Assembly: GCA_034530875.2 (NCBI GenBank)
Contig: JAVRCJ020000017.1
Location: 64,001-128,000 of the forward strand
Reading direction: 5' to 3'
Source: Nostoc sp. DedSLP01
Lineage (GTDB): Bacteria; Cyanobacteriota; Cyanobacteriia; Cyanobacteriales; Nostocaceae
DNA: 64,000 nt
The notes under the pieces were generated by a model that was not told the origin of the DNA, made no database searches, and was given only the letters and a program-made list of their open reading frames with translations. The translations under genes were made by a program, and so were the position numbers. Shown piece after piece: positions 31,108 through 41,842 of the stretch; the stretch's first letter is position 1; every line of letters starts with the position of its first letter.

Positions 31108-34100
31108 TTAGAGAAGTTGAGAAATATCAACAAAACCATTATGCAGACTAACAATATTTGAAACTTCGGAATACATACTTCCCACTTTACCTGGTTGATT
31201 GGTAAATAAATCATGACAGCCAACAATTAATAGCAGTTCTTGAGCGCGGGAAAAAGCAACATTCACCCGTTCTGGTTTCTTAGCAAATCCCACGTCTCCT
31301 TTATTATTGTTGCGAACCATACTCACAATTACAACAGGTCTTTCCATGCCTTGAAATCTATCTACTGTACCAGTACGAATTTCTAGAGAAGGGAACAGTT
31401 CAGATTGCAGTCGCTCATCAATTTTTCTTAATTGAGCGCCATAAAATGTAATTACAGCGATTTCTTTTTTTGGTTCCCCATTAGCAACGTAAGAAGCCCA
31501 AGTTTTCTCGAACTGCTGACATAAATGTTCAATCGCATCAATCTCTAGAGTATTAAAGTAAGAAGTTCCTTGACGTTCTTCTAAAAATTTCTTTTCTATA
31601 GGCGTTTTTACCCAGAGAATATGGTGAGATTCTTGGATGATTTCACCTGCTAAATTATGTGCGCGTTTTTTATCTGGTTCCAAAATTCCAGATTCTAGTT
31701 TACCCTCATAAAATTGATTGATTGCACCCATAATGTAGGGATGCATTCGATATTGTGTAGTCAGCATTTGCTTGATGCTTTCGTCAGCAGATTCAAACTG
31801 ACTTTTAAATAGTGATTCTTCTAAAAATTGGAGTTCGTTTCGTGTATTGCCAATTGTTTGGGCCACTTCTTCTAAAGTGCTAGTATCGAGCATCGGTGGT
31901 AATTGTCGATGGTCGCCTACCATGACTAATTTTTTCCCTTTCAATGCTGGAATTAGTAATTCTGGGGGAGTACACTTACTAACTTCGTCGATAATAACAA
32001 CATCAAAGGATTTAAATTCTTCAGAAAAACCTCTATTTGCAGCTTGAACGCAGGTGATACCGACGACGTTGGCATTATCTAAATATATACGCCTTAAATC
32101 GTTGCTATCGCTTTCTGTTGGCTTTCTTAACTTTTCTATCCAATCTTGCACAAAATTTTGATATTTGCTGAGATAAGCCTCTTCTTTTTCGAGTTGTTGT
32201 TGCCAAAATTCAAACTTCAGGCTTAAACTCTGTAAAAACTCTATATTCAACAAATTACCACTAGAGTTTTCTGCCTTAAATTTCTCAGGGATATTTTGCC
32301 ATTCTGCCGACCACCACATTCGTTCTGCAATTAAAATTTCTGATGGCTGTGGTTGTAATTGTTGTTCAAATTCGCGGAGGCTAATTTGCAATTTTTGAAG
32401 CTGCTGTAGAGAAGTTTCAGTTTCTTGTTTGAGTTTAGCTAAATGGTCGTTTAGAGAAGTTTTGATGACCTCCAGTACAGTAAAAGGTTCTAATAATGAA
32501 ATTAAGTTTTCAAGCTGAGTGATACAATTTACCCAGGAATGTACTTGCTTAGTAAATTCTTGGGGTTGTTCCCAAATTTTTGATTGTGTTGTGAGATATT
32601 GCTCGGCTAAAGTGCGTACTTGAGCAGGTATATTTGGTTTTTGGCTGAGTTCTTGCAAGATATTAATAACTTGTCCAAGTTGTAAATTAGCATCTTGCTG
32701 GGCTTTTTCTAGTTGATATTGAGTAGCAGAAATTTCCTGTTGGCTGATTTCATTTTTTTGCAGTTCATTTAATTGTTGGCGTAGATGATGAAGTTGTTGT
32801 TCTGCTTCAGTTTTGACTTTTAGAACGCATTGACGTGCATTTGCCAGGATAGTTTCTAGCAATTCTTGTGTAAGTCGGGTGAGAGTAGAATCGATATTAT
32901 TCCATTCCCAGGATGCACCATAAGTTTTTTGGATTCTAATTAAGAAAAACTGGGTATTTTCAACCAGTAACTTTCGTTGCTTTGGATTGAGTAATTGATA
33001 GTTATTAAATTGTTGATAAGTCTCTTGCCATTGAGTGCGATCGCTTTGTGATAGCACCATTGGAATCTGACTAAAATTTTGTTGCAAAAAATAACTAAAA
33101 TTATGCTGTTTGCCTCGGCGATCGCTAAAATTTCCATCTATTTCATAAGCGATCGCTTTTGTCAATAAGTCCCAATCTGGCAGGTTAATTTTGTAACTTT
33201 TTGGTAATATTGGTAATTTTAATGTATTAGCAAACATCAATAAACCTAGTGGCAAGTCTACTAGATTATCTGTTAGTGGTAAACCCGATTGCTGACAATC
33301 TTTTAAAGTTTGGTAGAGATGAGAATGTGCTGTAGACTTCCATTCCTTAACTGCTGAGATAATATAATCAATTTCTCTTTGGCGGTTTTGCCATATCTGA
33401 ATTGTTTGCTGTAAATTTTGCTGCTTGGTCAAAAATTTTTGCTCATCTGCTTGTAACTGATTTAACAACTCAAAATTCTGTTTAACAGTCTGTGCTAATA
33501 CCCCAACTGCTGACATAGTTTCACTGGCATTTTGAGCATAATTTAAAGCAGTTTTAAATTCCAAAATTTCCTTTGCTACAGTTTCACGCAACCAAAGTGC
33601 TAAACCAAAAGCACCAAGCGCCGGACGCACAAAGCCAAGTTCATCAGTATATTTGATAGATTTACGAATATTTGCTAAAAATTCTTCTACTAAAGTATTG
33701 CCTTCTGCATAAGGCTTAATAAGAGGCATGAAATTTGTGATTTCTGGAGATTCCCAGTTAATATTAGCACCAGCTTTTAGTAAGTTATCTAAACCAGAAA
33801 CTAAATATTCAACCTCATTTTGCTGTGCTAATAAATCATTGAAAGATTTTTCTTTATTTTGAAAATCTGCCTCTATCTTTAATTTATTTTTCTGAAATTT
33901 GCTTTGTTGTTTATCGAATTCTTCTTCAGCTTGTAAATACGCTGCAAATCTTTCTGTTGATAAAAGTAATTTCCGAAATAATTGAATATTTTCAAGTCGT
34001 TGAGTGAGATTATTTTCGCAATCAGTTGCAGTATTTTCTAGCCATCTACCAATTACTTGGTCTTCTAAAAATGGCTGTCCTTCTTCACCAACTTTTTCAG

Positions 34101-35586
34101 CTTTTCCCTTGCGTACAGCCCGAATCGCTGGGTTGTGAACTAATCGACTCAAGGCATTGTCTACTGCTAAATTCGCTTGGGAAGCAATTAAAGTACGCCC
34201 ACCACGAAGGGCTATTTGATAGCAAATCTCAGCAATTACGGTAGTTTTGCCGGTACCTGGCGGCCCTTGAATCAAAACTAGATCCTTGGCAGCAAGTACT
34301 TTTTCTACTGCTGCTTTTTGACCGGGATTAGCAGCAGATAATAATAAATCCTGTGGTTGAAGTTCGACAATTGTTTTGATTGTTCTAGCTTGAGAAGCAT
34401 CGAATAAAAAATTACCCAAATATGGATTTTGGGTGTAACCATTATTCAAATCTTCCAAGGCTTTTTTCTTACGCTGAATTTGCTGAATATCTCCAACGGC
34501 TTCAAAACATAAAAACCCGGTAGCTGGTAACTTATAACGTTCTGTTGTTATATATTCAGCTAAGTCTCGTTCTAATCTGACACTGATAATGCAACGGTTG
34601 GGATCGACTTCTTCAACAGTCCCTAATTGGCGTCCACTCAGCCAATTTTTGCCGACAGGAGCAGTTTCAAAAAGTTTTAAATCTTCGTTTTTAGCTTGTC
34701 TTGCACGTTCCCAAAAGTTATCTAGTTCGAGTGAATTTTGATAAAAGCCATCAAGGGTTGCTGAAGTTATATCAACTTCAAAATTAATTCGCCTTTTGGA
34801 GTTATAGTTATGGCTGAGATAACGCACGCAAAATTGACGGGCTTTAGCGATTTTTTCCTCAATTTGTAAAAATGCTTTCCAAGCTTTCAACTGCTCTTCT
34901 GTAGGTACATACTCGCCACAAACTGGTGCGCCTGCTATGCGTTTCAATGTTGTCGGTGGAATATCGAGATGATGTTGATGATTAGGTAATAAACGCAAGC
35001 TACAAGCTACAGAATAGCTATCAGCATTACCACGCGATAATTGTAATAACTGAGCCGAAAGTATCTTTAAACCGTCGCGTCCATCTTTTTGTACGGCTGC
35101 GGTAAATCCTAATGTTTTTTTTAGCTTCTCAAGTCTTGTAGGTAATTTAAATTTATCGGAGTCTGTTGCTAGTGTTAAATCCCAAATTTCTTCTTTTGCC
35201 TCTTTTCCTGGGCCTTTACGACGTACATAAAATATACAAGGGCTTTTACCGACGCATTCAAACATTAACTCATTGGCACGTTCGCGTCGTTGCCGAAATT
35301 CAGGATATGATTCAAGGGCAGTTTCTCCTTCAAGGTTGCGGATTAATCTATCAATTGTTGAACCTACGAATGTATAACCCCAATCTTCAGATGCAGTTTT
35401 GATTTTTGAGGACTTTGCTGTTAGTTTATTTAACGCTGCACGAATGCGTTCTGCTTCAGATTCTGAGATTGAACTTGTATGACTTTTAACTGCAATGTTG
35501 AGTTTTTCGCAAATTGCTAATAGCTTCTTGCTATCCAAATTTAATTCTTTTGATAGTTCATAAATTCTTACTTTGACTTTGTTCAT
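31108..35586 (-). CDS. SF1 (UPF1/DNA2-like, AAA_11/AAA_12) helicase with N-terminal IF2_N domain and a long helical insert
   Basis: [49 protein letters not shown] and RVNVAFSRA motifs; N-terminus [44 protein letters not shown]. Confidence 0.9.
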   Translation of the reverse strand: MNKVKVRIYELSKELNLDSKKLLAICEKLNIAVKSHTSSISESEAERIRAALNKLTAKSSKIKTASEDWGYTFVGSTIDRLIRNLEGETALESYPEFRQRRERANELMFECVGKSPCIFYVRRKGPGKEAKEEIWDLTLATDSDKFKLPTRLEKLKKTLGFTAAVQKDGRDGLKILSAQLLQLSRGNADSYSVACSLRLLPNHQHHLDIPPTTLKRIAGAPVCGEYVPTEEQLKAWKAFLQIEEKIAKARQFCVRYLSHNYNSKRRINFEVDITSATLDGFYQNSLELDNFWERARQAKNEDLKLFETAPVGKNWLSGRQLGTVEEVDPNRCIISVRLERDLAEYITTERYKLPATGFLCFEAVGDIQQIQRKKKALEDLNNGYTQNPYLGNFLFDASQARTIKTIVELQPQDLLLSAANPGQKAAVEKVLAAKDLVLIQGPPGTGKTTVIAEICYQIALRGGRTLIASQANLAVDNALSRLVHNPAIRAVRKGKAEKVGEEGQPFLEDQVIGRWLENTATDCENNLTQRLENIQLFRKLLLSTERFAAYLQAEEEFDKQQSKFQKNKLKIEADFQNKEKSFNDLLAQQNEVEYLVSGLDNLLKAGANINWESPEITNFMPLIKPYAEGNTLVEEFLANIRKSIKYTDELGFVRPALGAFGLALWLRETVAKEILEFKTALNYAQNASETMSAVGVLAQTVKQNFELLNQLQADEQKFLTKQQNLQQTIQIWQNRQREIDYIISAVKEWKSTAHSHLYQTLKDCQQSGLPLTDNLVDLPLGLLMFANTLKLPILPKSYKINLPDWDLLTKAIAYEIDGNFSDRRGKQHNFSYFLQQNFSQIPMVLSQSDRTQWQETYQQFNNYQLLNPKQRKLLVENTQFFLIRIQKTYGASWEWNNIDSTLTRLTQELLETILANARQCVLKVKTEAEQQLHHLRQQLNELQKNEISQQEISATQYQLEKAQQDANLQLGQVINILQELSQKPNIPAQVRTLAEQYLTTQSKIWEQPQEFTKQVHSWVNCITQLENLISLLEPFTVLEVIKTSLNDHLAKLKQETETSLQQLQKLQISLREFEQQLQPQPSEILIAERMWWSAEWQNIPEKFKAENSSGNLLNIEFLQSLSLKFEFWQQQLEKEEAYLSKYQNFVQDWIEKLRKPTESDSNDLRRIYLDNANVVGITCVQAANRGFSEEFKSFDVVIIDEVSKCTPPELLIPALKGKKLVMVGDHRQLPPMLDTSTLEEVAQTIGNTRNELQFLEESLFKSQFESADESIKQMLTTQYRMHPYIMGAINQFYEGKLESGILEPDKKRAHNLAGEIIQESHHILWVKTPIEKKFLEERQGTSYFNTLEIDAIEHLCQQFEKTWASYVANGEPKKEIAVITFYGAQLRKIDERLQSELFPSLEIRTGTVDRFQGMERPVVIVSMVRNNNKGDVGFAKKPERVNVAFSRAQELLLIVGCHDLFTNQPGKVGSMYSEVSNIVSLHNGFVDISQLL

Positions 35587-35625
35587 TCAATAGTGCCTTT
35601 CCTGAAAATGAATACAGATAATTTA

Positions 35626-35738
35626 TCTCACGCAGAGACGCTCCAGGCGCAGAGAGAGATATGAGACTATACTCTTTAATTGTTAACTTAAATATTAATG
35701 TAAATATCAACTCTTACTTTTTGCGCCTCTGCGTGAAA
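35626..35738. mobile_element. MITE-like element with 16-bp inverted ends
   Basis: tctcacgcagagacgc ... gcgcctctgcgtgaaa (14/16 complementary) around an AT-rich core. Confidence 0.55.
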
Positions 35739-35741
35739 CAT

Positions 35742-36659
35742 TTAAAGTTTGTAGTGTTGATAAACTTGACTTGCGGCGCGATGCACTAAAGAGTGTCGCC
35801 AAACAAGAGATTTCATATCATCAGCATAACCGCCACCAATAACGCAAGCGACAGGATAGCCAGCACTCATACAAGTACTTAAAACCTGCATTTCTCGACG
35901 GAAAATGCCAGCATCTGTTAAGGCTAATTTTCCCAAGCGATCGCCTACATGAGGATCTACACCTGCATCATAAAATACTATATCTGGCTTGACTTGAGAT
36001 AATAAATCTGGTAAAGAACTCGCCAATGTTTGCAAATAAGCATCATCTTCCATCCCCATCGGTAAAGGAACATCTAAATCGCTGTTTTGTTTAGTACCTG
36101 GGAAATTGACTTCGCAGTGCATGGAGAAAGTAAAAACACTCTCATCATTTTGGAAGATAAAAGCGGTGCCGTCTCCTTGATGAACGTCCAAATCTACAAT
36201 GAGGATTTTTTGCACGAGTCCGAGTTTTTGTAAAACGCGACAAGCGATCGCTAAATCGTTGAAAATACAAAAACCAGATCCATAACTGGGAAAAGCATGA
36301 TGAGTTCCACCAGCCGTATTACAAGCTAAACCATGACTCAGCGCCAGCTTAGCAGTGAGTATTGTACCACCAACCGCTATACAGGTACGATTTGCCAAGG
36401 CTGGACTCCAAGGTAAACCAATACGACGCTGTGCTTTGGGTTCTAAGATGCCTTCACAATAAGCTTGAACGTAATTTGGCGTGTGGACTAACTCTATCAA
36501 CTCTCCGGGCGGGCGTTGCGGCGTATGAAATTGTTCTTGATTTGCTACACCGTCAGCTAATAGCAATTCGTAGAGTAGGCGGAATTTCGGCATCGGGAAG
36601 CGATGACCTTCAGGTAGTGGGGCTACGTAATTTGGGTGATAAATAATTGGCAAGTCCAT
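35742..36659 (-). CDS. Histone deacetylase family protein
   Basis: HRFPMPKF, GGTHHA, GFCIFND, DLDVHQGDGT, AGVDPH and GGGY motifs. Confidence 0.93.
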   Translation of the reverse strand: MDLPIIYHPNYVAPLPEGHRFPMPKFRLLYELLLADGVANQEQFHTPQRPPGELIELVHTPNYVQAYCEGILEPKAQRRIGLPWSPALANRTCIAVGGTILTAKLALSHGLACNTAGGTHHAFPSYGSGFCIFNDLAIACRVLQKLGLVQKILIVDLDVHQGDGTAFIFQNDESVFTFSMHCEVNFPGTKQNSDLDVPLPMGMEDDAYLQTLASSLPDLLSQVKPDIVFYDAGVDPHVGDRLGKLALTDAGIFRREMQVLSTCMSAGYPVACVIGGGYADDMKSLVWRHSLVHRAASQVYQHYKL

Positions 36660-36990
36660 GTTATTTATTGTGAACCATAGTCTGCTGCTAAATACATCTA
36701 GAGATTGTCTGGTAATCAATCATCAGATTGTTTTTAGGTGACAAACTTCATGCAAAAGTGGTTCCAATGCAACCAAATAGCAATTACTCAGCACTTATGA
36801 AAATTGTCTGGCAACAGGATAACAGCAATCGAGAAAATCTCATTTACTTAGCTACCATCGGCCAATGGCGGGCAAATCTCAATCTCAAACAAATCATTTG
36901 CCAACACCAAATAATTTACCCAAACTGCGACTTTAAACAATTCGATTGTTAATTTTTTGTGTGTATACACATTTTTACTCAATTCCAAAA

Positions 36991-38049
36991 ATGGTTAACT
37001 TGAAAATTATTATGATGCAATGGATTCTGCCGATCGCTTTTATTTTAGCTGGTTTTTTAGCTGGTATAGTTGGCGAAAAACTTATATTCAAAAAACTTGA
37101 AAAATTCGTCACTAAAAGACGTATTGCTGGAGGGAATATTATATTTCATTCCTTGCATCGCATGACGTTTATTTGGTTTGTACTTGGCGGTTTTTTCTGG
37201 GCAGTTCTGAGTTCTCCATTAAGACCAGATATTGCCAACGTACTCCAAAAAATTCTCACCGTCGCATTTCTCTACTCAGTAACTTTAGTCTTGGCAAGAC
37301 TGACTGCTGGTTTTGTTAGATTATTGGTTCGCAGAACAGAAGGAGTTCCCACTTCGCTAGTTTCTAATGTTGCTAAAGCTGTTGTTTTAATTTTGGGAAC
37401 ATTAATTATATTACAAACTGCTGGCGTGCAAATTACGCCAATAGTTACAACTTTAGGAATTGGTGGTTTAGCAGTTGGTTTGGCGCTTCAAGACACACTA
37501 GCAAATTTATTTGCTGGTTTTTACTTAATTATTTCCAAGCAAGTCAGAACTGGAGACTACGTAAAATTAGATGCCGGACACGAAGGTTACGTTACAGACA
37601 TCACATGGCGCAATACGACAATTAAAGAAATTTCTAATAACGTTGTAATTGTACCAAATTCTAAATTAGCATCGGCAATTTTTACTAACTATCATTTACC
37701 TGCTAAGGAAATAAGTTTAACTATGAATGTTGGTGTCAGTTATGATAGCGATTTAGAAGAAGTTGAAAGAGTAACTGTAGAAGTTGCTAAAGAAGTTATG
37801 CAAGAAATTGCACCACAATTAATTGCTAATGAACCATATATCAGATTTCACACGTTTGGGGATTTTAGTATAGATTTTACGCTATATATGCGAGTCAGTG
37901 AATATTTTGACCAACGAATTGGCAAACATATATTTATTAAAAAATTACACAAACGCTATCAGGAAGCAGGGATTTCAATTCCCTTTCCTATCAAAGAAAT
38001 TTACGTGCAACATAATATGAATGGAAATTCGTCCTTAAATTCTGATTAA
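36991..38049 (+). CDS. Small-conductance mechanosensitive channel (MscS family)
   Basis: LGIGGLAVGLALQDTLANLFAG, GDYV, ITWRNTTI, VPNSKL and GVSYDSDL motifs. Start could be 37012. Confidence 0.92.
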   Translation: MVNLKIIMMQWILPIAFILAGFLAGIVGEKLIFKKLEKFVTKRRIAGGNIIFHSLHRMTFIWFVLGGFFWAVLSSPLRPDIANVLQKILTVAFLYSVTLVLARLTAGFVRLLVRRTEGVPTSLVSNVAKAVVLILGTLIILQTAGVQITPIVTTLGIGGLAVGLALQDTLANLFAGFYLIISKQVRTGDYVKLDAGHEGYVTDITWRNTTIKEISNNVVIVPNSKLASAIFTNYHLPAKEISLTMNVGVSYDSDLEEVERVTVEVAKEVMQEIAPQLIANEPYIRFHTFGDFSIDFTLYMRVSEYFDQRIGKHIFIKKLHKRYQEAGISIPFPIKEIYVQHNMNGNSSLNSD

Positions 38050-38210
38050 CTCTTGCAAATACATCAAAATTTTAATTCTTGAAAAATTACGTTAGTGAAT
38101 TCGACAGAAATCCAGAAGATGAGATTTTAAGTTTAAAAGTAACAATTAAGACGCCAACTCCTATTAGGAATTGGCGACGATTGCGTATTTATTTTTCTTG
38201 AGTCTGAGAC

Positions 38211-38990
38211 TTAAACTGATAATGCTCGCTTTTCTAATGGTATTTCAAAGCGATCGCCTGGTGTCGGTTCAATTACTCGCGTCGAAAGATTGTTTTTCTC
38301 TAATAGCGAACGAAATTCCGCAGCACTTCCTTTATCTTGAAGGAATTTCATGATTAACCCCTCGTACACTGCATTCCCTTCGATGGCTGTAGGCAGTATT
38401 ACTTGAGGTTGTAACCACTTTATTACTTCTAAAGCACTATTATTGCCTCTAATTATTGGCCCTATTAAAGGTAGCGTTAAGTCAGCAAACGGTGTAATCA
38501 CCACATCAACTGGTGCAATCTCCTGAAGTTGCGGAGAATGGTAACCGTGAGGCTCATAGTATAAACTTAACTGGCTCTCCAATTCCTTAATAAGATAACT
38601 ATTTTCCACCAGAGTCGGGCCAATGGGCGAACCAGGAAAAGCCTTGATTTCAATTTGATTATCTAAAGTGAAAGTTTCACCGTGAGCGAGGGTGGTTACT
38701 TTGGTGTAACCTAGTTCCTCTACTACCTTGGCTGCATTCGGAGAAGCTACAACCTTGATATCGCGGTCTAGCACTTTGAGCGTTGGTGTGTGAGTATGGT
38801 CTTCTAAACCCTGAGATAGCACAATTAAATCAATGTTCTCAGGTATGGGACGATCTTGCGATCGCCGCCCTTTAAATAGCCAATTCAAATTACTGAAAAT
38901 TAACGACCCAACTAGCCAAGGATCGATTAATATTCGTTTTCCGCCAATTTCCAGCAGCCAAGTATTAGCATCGAACCAAGTTAAGAACAT
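38211..38990 (-). CDS. MBL-fold metallo-hydrolase
   Basis: ILIDPWLVG, LSQGLEDHTH and YYEPHG motifs. Confidence 0.85.
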   Translation of the reverse strand: MFLTWFDANTWLLEIGGKRILIDPWLVGSLIFSNLNWLFKGRRSQDRPIPENIDLIVLSQGLEDHTHTPTLKVLDRDIKVVASPNAAKVVEELGYTKVTTLAHGETFTLDNQIEIKAFPGSPIGPTLVENSYLIKELESQLSLYYEPHGYHSPQLQEIAPVDVVITPFADLTLPLIGPIIRGNNSALEVIKWLQPQVILPTAIEGNAVYEGLIMKFLQDKGSAAEFRSLLEKNNLSTRVIEPTPGDRFEIPLEKRALSV

Positions 38991-39163
38991 AAAATTTTGT
39001 AAAGATAACGCCTATCTTCATTATCAATCGTGGTAGCCTCCTTCGTGCCACTTTCCAGTGCGTTGCAGAACATTAGAATTTCTTCGTTTGCGCCTCAGGA
39101 AGCTGGAACGCTTAAAGCGAATGCCCGATCGAAATCTGCTTTATTTACCTAAAAATAGCTGTA

Positions 39164-39598
39164 ATGTCCGATCTTGGTTTCACTCACATTGCACTTGCAG
39201 TTAGTAATGTCAATGCAAGTATCGCATTTTATATCAAATACGCCCAAATGACCGTCATACACCGTCGCATCGATAAAGCGATTCAGTCAGATGTTGCTTG
39301 GATTAGCGACCTTACTAGACCTTTTGTAATTGTCCTAATCCAAACAGCTAAAGTAGAAGGCGTACTTTCACCACACTCCCATCTAGGAGTAGCTTATCAG
39401 AACCGGGAAGACATCGATCGCCTGTGCGATGAGGCACGCACAGAGGGAGTATTGTTGAGTGGGCCTAATGACTTTGGCCCCCCAGTTGGTTACTGGGCTT
39501 ATCTTCGAGACCCAGATGGCCATACACTGGAAATTTCTTACAGTCAGGTAGTTCAATTTACAGTGGAAGACGCGATTAATCGCGTCTCTACAAATTAA
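39164..39598 (+). CDS. VOC/glyoxalase family protein
   Basis: FTHIALAV, SHLGV and RDPDGHTLEISY motifs. Confidence 0.88.
   Translation: MSDLGFTHIALAVSNVNASIAFYIKYAQMTVIHRRIDKAIQSDVAWISDLTRPFVIVLIQTAKVEGVLSPHSHLGVAYQNREDIDRLCDEARTEGVLLSGPNDFGPPVGYWAYLRDPDGHTLEISYSQVVQFTVEDAINRVSTN
39568..39591. repeat. REP-like palindrome inside the 3' end of the VOC gene
   Basis: agacgcgattaatcgcgtct (perfect 20-bp palindrome) followed by ctac. Confidence 0.7.
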
Positions 39599-39607
39599 TC
39601 AAATGTA

Positions 39608-41311
39608 TTATCTTTTACCAGGAGTACGTCCCTCTTCATCGTTACTACCGCCGTGGGGATGAGAATTTCCTGGGTCGCAGCCCTCAGCACCATTGCCAAT
39701 ACCTTGGTTGCAATGGCGACGTTCTGTATTGCGTTCTCTTAAACTTTCACTACGTTCCTCAACTGCAATATTCTGTTGTTGTCCTACAACGTATTCTGAG
39801 GAGATGTTTGCTAGCTCTCCAGTGCTATACAGTGCTTGATATAACAAAGCAGATACTTCAGCCCTAGTTGCTATCCTTTCAGCATTTAGTAAATTCACAT
39901 TGGGATAGTTAACCACTATATTGCGTTGTGTAAGTGCAGCGATGAGACTGCGATATTCGCCAGGAATATCAGTTGCATCGCTGTAAACAGATAAAATCGT
40001 ATCCGTGGAACTACTGCTTTGATAATTTAATCCCCGCGCTAAGGCTACTAAAATGTCAAGGCGAGAAAGGCTTTCATTGGGGTTGAAATCTTTACCAATC
40101 TCAGCGTTTAAAAAGCCCATTTGATAAACATCGCTAATGGCATTGTAAGCCCAGTGGTAATTTGAAACATCCTTAAAAGCGAGTGCTTGGCGAATTTTGC
40201 CCTTTTTAAAAGCTTTTTGCAGCATTGCCGCAAATTGGGCGCGAGTTACTGGTACTTCCGGACGGAAAGTTCCATCAGGAAAACCTTCAAGAATTTCCAT
40301 TGCTGCCAATTCGCTAATAAAATTTTTCGCCCAGTAGTCTGAGGAAATATCAGAAAATCCGGTTTGTAGGGTACGAGATACTCCAATTTGACGATAATTC
40401 ATTAGCAGTTGGCTGACATCGTAGCTAGAGTTATCGATGACTTCAGTTATCTGCACTAAACTTCCAGGAGTAGCTTGCAAAGCCTGTGCCAAGTCAGAAT
40501 TAAAGACGCTAAAGGAAGACTGGCGGACTAAAGCAAATTCCCCTTTAGTGAAAGACTCAGGATAAACACTAGTTGCTTTGAGTGTTGAGATACCTGCTAC
40601 TTGAAACTGATTCGCTTGGAAACTTTGAGAACCGCTGAGGAAATTAACTCTTTGCTTGCTAACTTGGGTGAAGTAGTCGTAAGTGGTGGTACTTGCATCA
40701 ATAGCACCGTCTTGGTCAGCATCGATACCATAAACAGTGCGAATGACTTGATATTCCCTTGGTTTAGGCGACAAAATCAGATTCACTGCGGTGTTTGCCG
40801 ATAAACATTCAAATTCACTGTAGCCAATAAAGCGCTTTTGCAGATCGTATAATCGCACAACAATGCGATCGCTAGCTTTTAACCCTTTAGTAAATTTTGC
40901 TTTTTGCTTAATCTTGTACTTGTAATCACCCAAAAACCGTTCTTTTAAATAGCCCTTGTTATATTTACTCTTAACAGAAACTCGGGCAATTACTTCTGGA
41001 AAATTACCAGATGCTTCCCAAATTGCCAGACTAAAACTTGTTTTTTGTCCTTTAGCTGCAACACCACTACTATTTACTTGAGTACGGCTTTCTGTGGTTA
41101 CAGTTTGTCTTTGGATGGTAGTACGACTTGTTTCTATTTCATTATCAGCCAGAATTTGTTGCTTGGTCGAACGATCGGGTCTTTGGGCGACGATGGTAGA
41201 AAACCCTGAAGTTGCGTAAGCAGAAACTATTGGCGAAAACATTGCCACAGAAGTTGCAGCAAGAACAAATTTGCTCAAATGACCAAAGTTACTTTGATTT
41301 CGGTATTTCAT
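39608..41311 (-). CDS. Secreted S-layer homology (SLH) domain protein
   Basis: Signal peptide; three SLH repeats (FSDISSDYWA...GFPDGTFRP..TRAQFA; FKDVSNYHWA; ...TRAEVSALLYQAL). Confidence 0.87.
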   Translation of the reverse strand: MKYRNQSNFGHLSKFVLAATSVAMFSPIVSAYATSGFSTIVAQRPDRSTKQQILADNEIETSRTTIQRQTVTTESRTQVNSSGVAAKGQKTSFSLAIWEASGNFPEVIARVSVKSKYNKGYLKERFLGDYKYKIKQKAKFTKGLKASDRIVVRLYDLQKRFIGYSEFECLSANTAVNLILSPKPREYQVIRTVYGIDADQDGAIDASTTTYDYFTQVSKQRVNFLSGSQSFQANQFQVAGISTLKATSVYPESFTKGEFALVRQSSFSVFNSDLAQALQATPGSLVQITEVIDNSSYDVSQLLMNYRQIGVSRTLQTGFSDISSDYWAKNFISELAAMEILEGFPDGTFRPEVPVTRAQFAAMLQKAFKKGKIRQALAFKDVSNYHWAYNAISDVYQMGFLNAEIGKDFNPNESLSRLDILVALARGLNYQSSSSTDTILSVYSDATDIPGEYRSLIAALTQRNIVVNYPNVNLLNAERIATRAEVSALLYQALYSTGELANISSEYVVGQQQNIAVEERSESLRERNTERRHCNQGIGNGAEGCDPGNSHPHGGSNDEEGRTPGKR

Positions 41312-41632
41312 CTCACACTACCATTCGTCTAAAAAGTCAAGGGGGTATTAGGTATCCCTGATTTATTAATCCCTGGTAATAGATGAAACTAACATCTGAA
41401 TTTATTATTTAAAAATCTGCTTTGATTGGTTTAAGAGGTAATAAGCAACGCGAAAAAAGCTTTACAAAAATCAAAGTTAAGACTTTGATTTTATTTTTCA
41501 AAAAACTGTTTACAACTTAAAAAGACTGATTCACTATTGCCTAGCCGCTGCCTATCGCCCTTGTGCTAAGCTTCTCTGCGAGACGCTTCTCTACAAGAGG
41601 CTTAACGCACTCCACGTAAATAAGTTCAAATA

Positions 41633-41749
41633 TATAGGAATCCGGTTTGATTTGGAGAATTTATTTGTTTTAGACAGGGAATAGGGGGTAGGGCAGAAGC
41701 CTTGTCTGGATGTACTGATTTTTTCACGCAATCAAATGTGAGTCCTATA
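41633..41749. mobile_element. MITE-like element related to the one at 6789
   Basis: Ends tataggaatccggtttgattt ... aatcaaatgtgagtcctata; G-rich core; flanked by TA. Confidence 0.55.
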
Positions 41750-41842
41750 TATAAGTTTTAGAGTTGGAAATTCTATCTTTAGATGTCTGATATGACGCCA
41801 GAGGACATTACTATATGTAATAACGCTTTATGAATCTTCATA

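Noticed and set aside
31108..35586. infB (translation initiation factor IF-2)
   Set aside because: Only the N-terminal ~52 aa resemble IF2; there are no GTPase motifs and the body is an SF1 helicase.
29341..35740. Prophage or integrative element at tRNA-Arg
   Set aside because: No integrase, phage genes or duplicated tRNA 3' end (att site) found by eye.
36728..36952. 74-aa ORF upstream of mscS
   Set aside because: TTG start, no ribosome-binding site and no recognisable homology.
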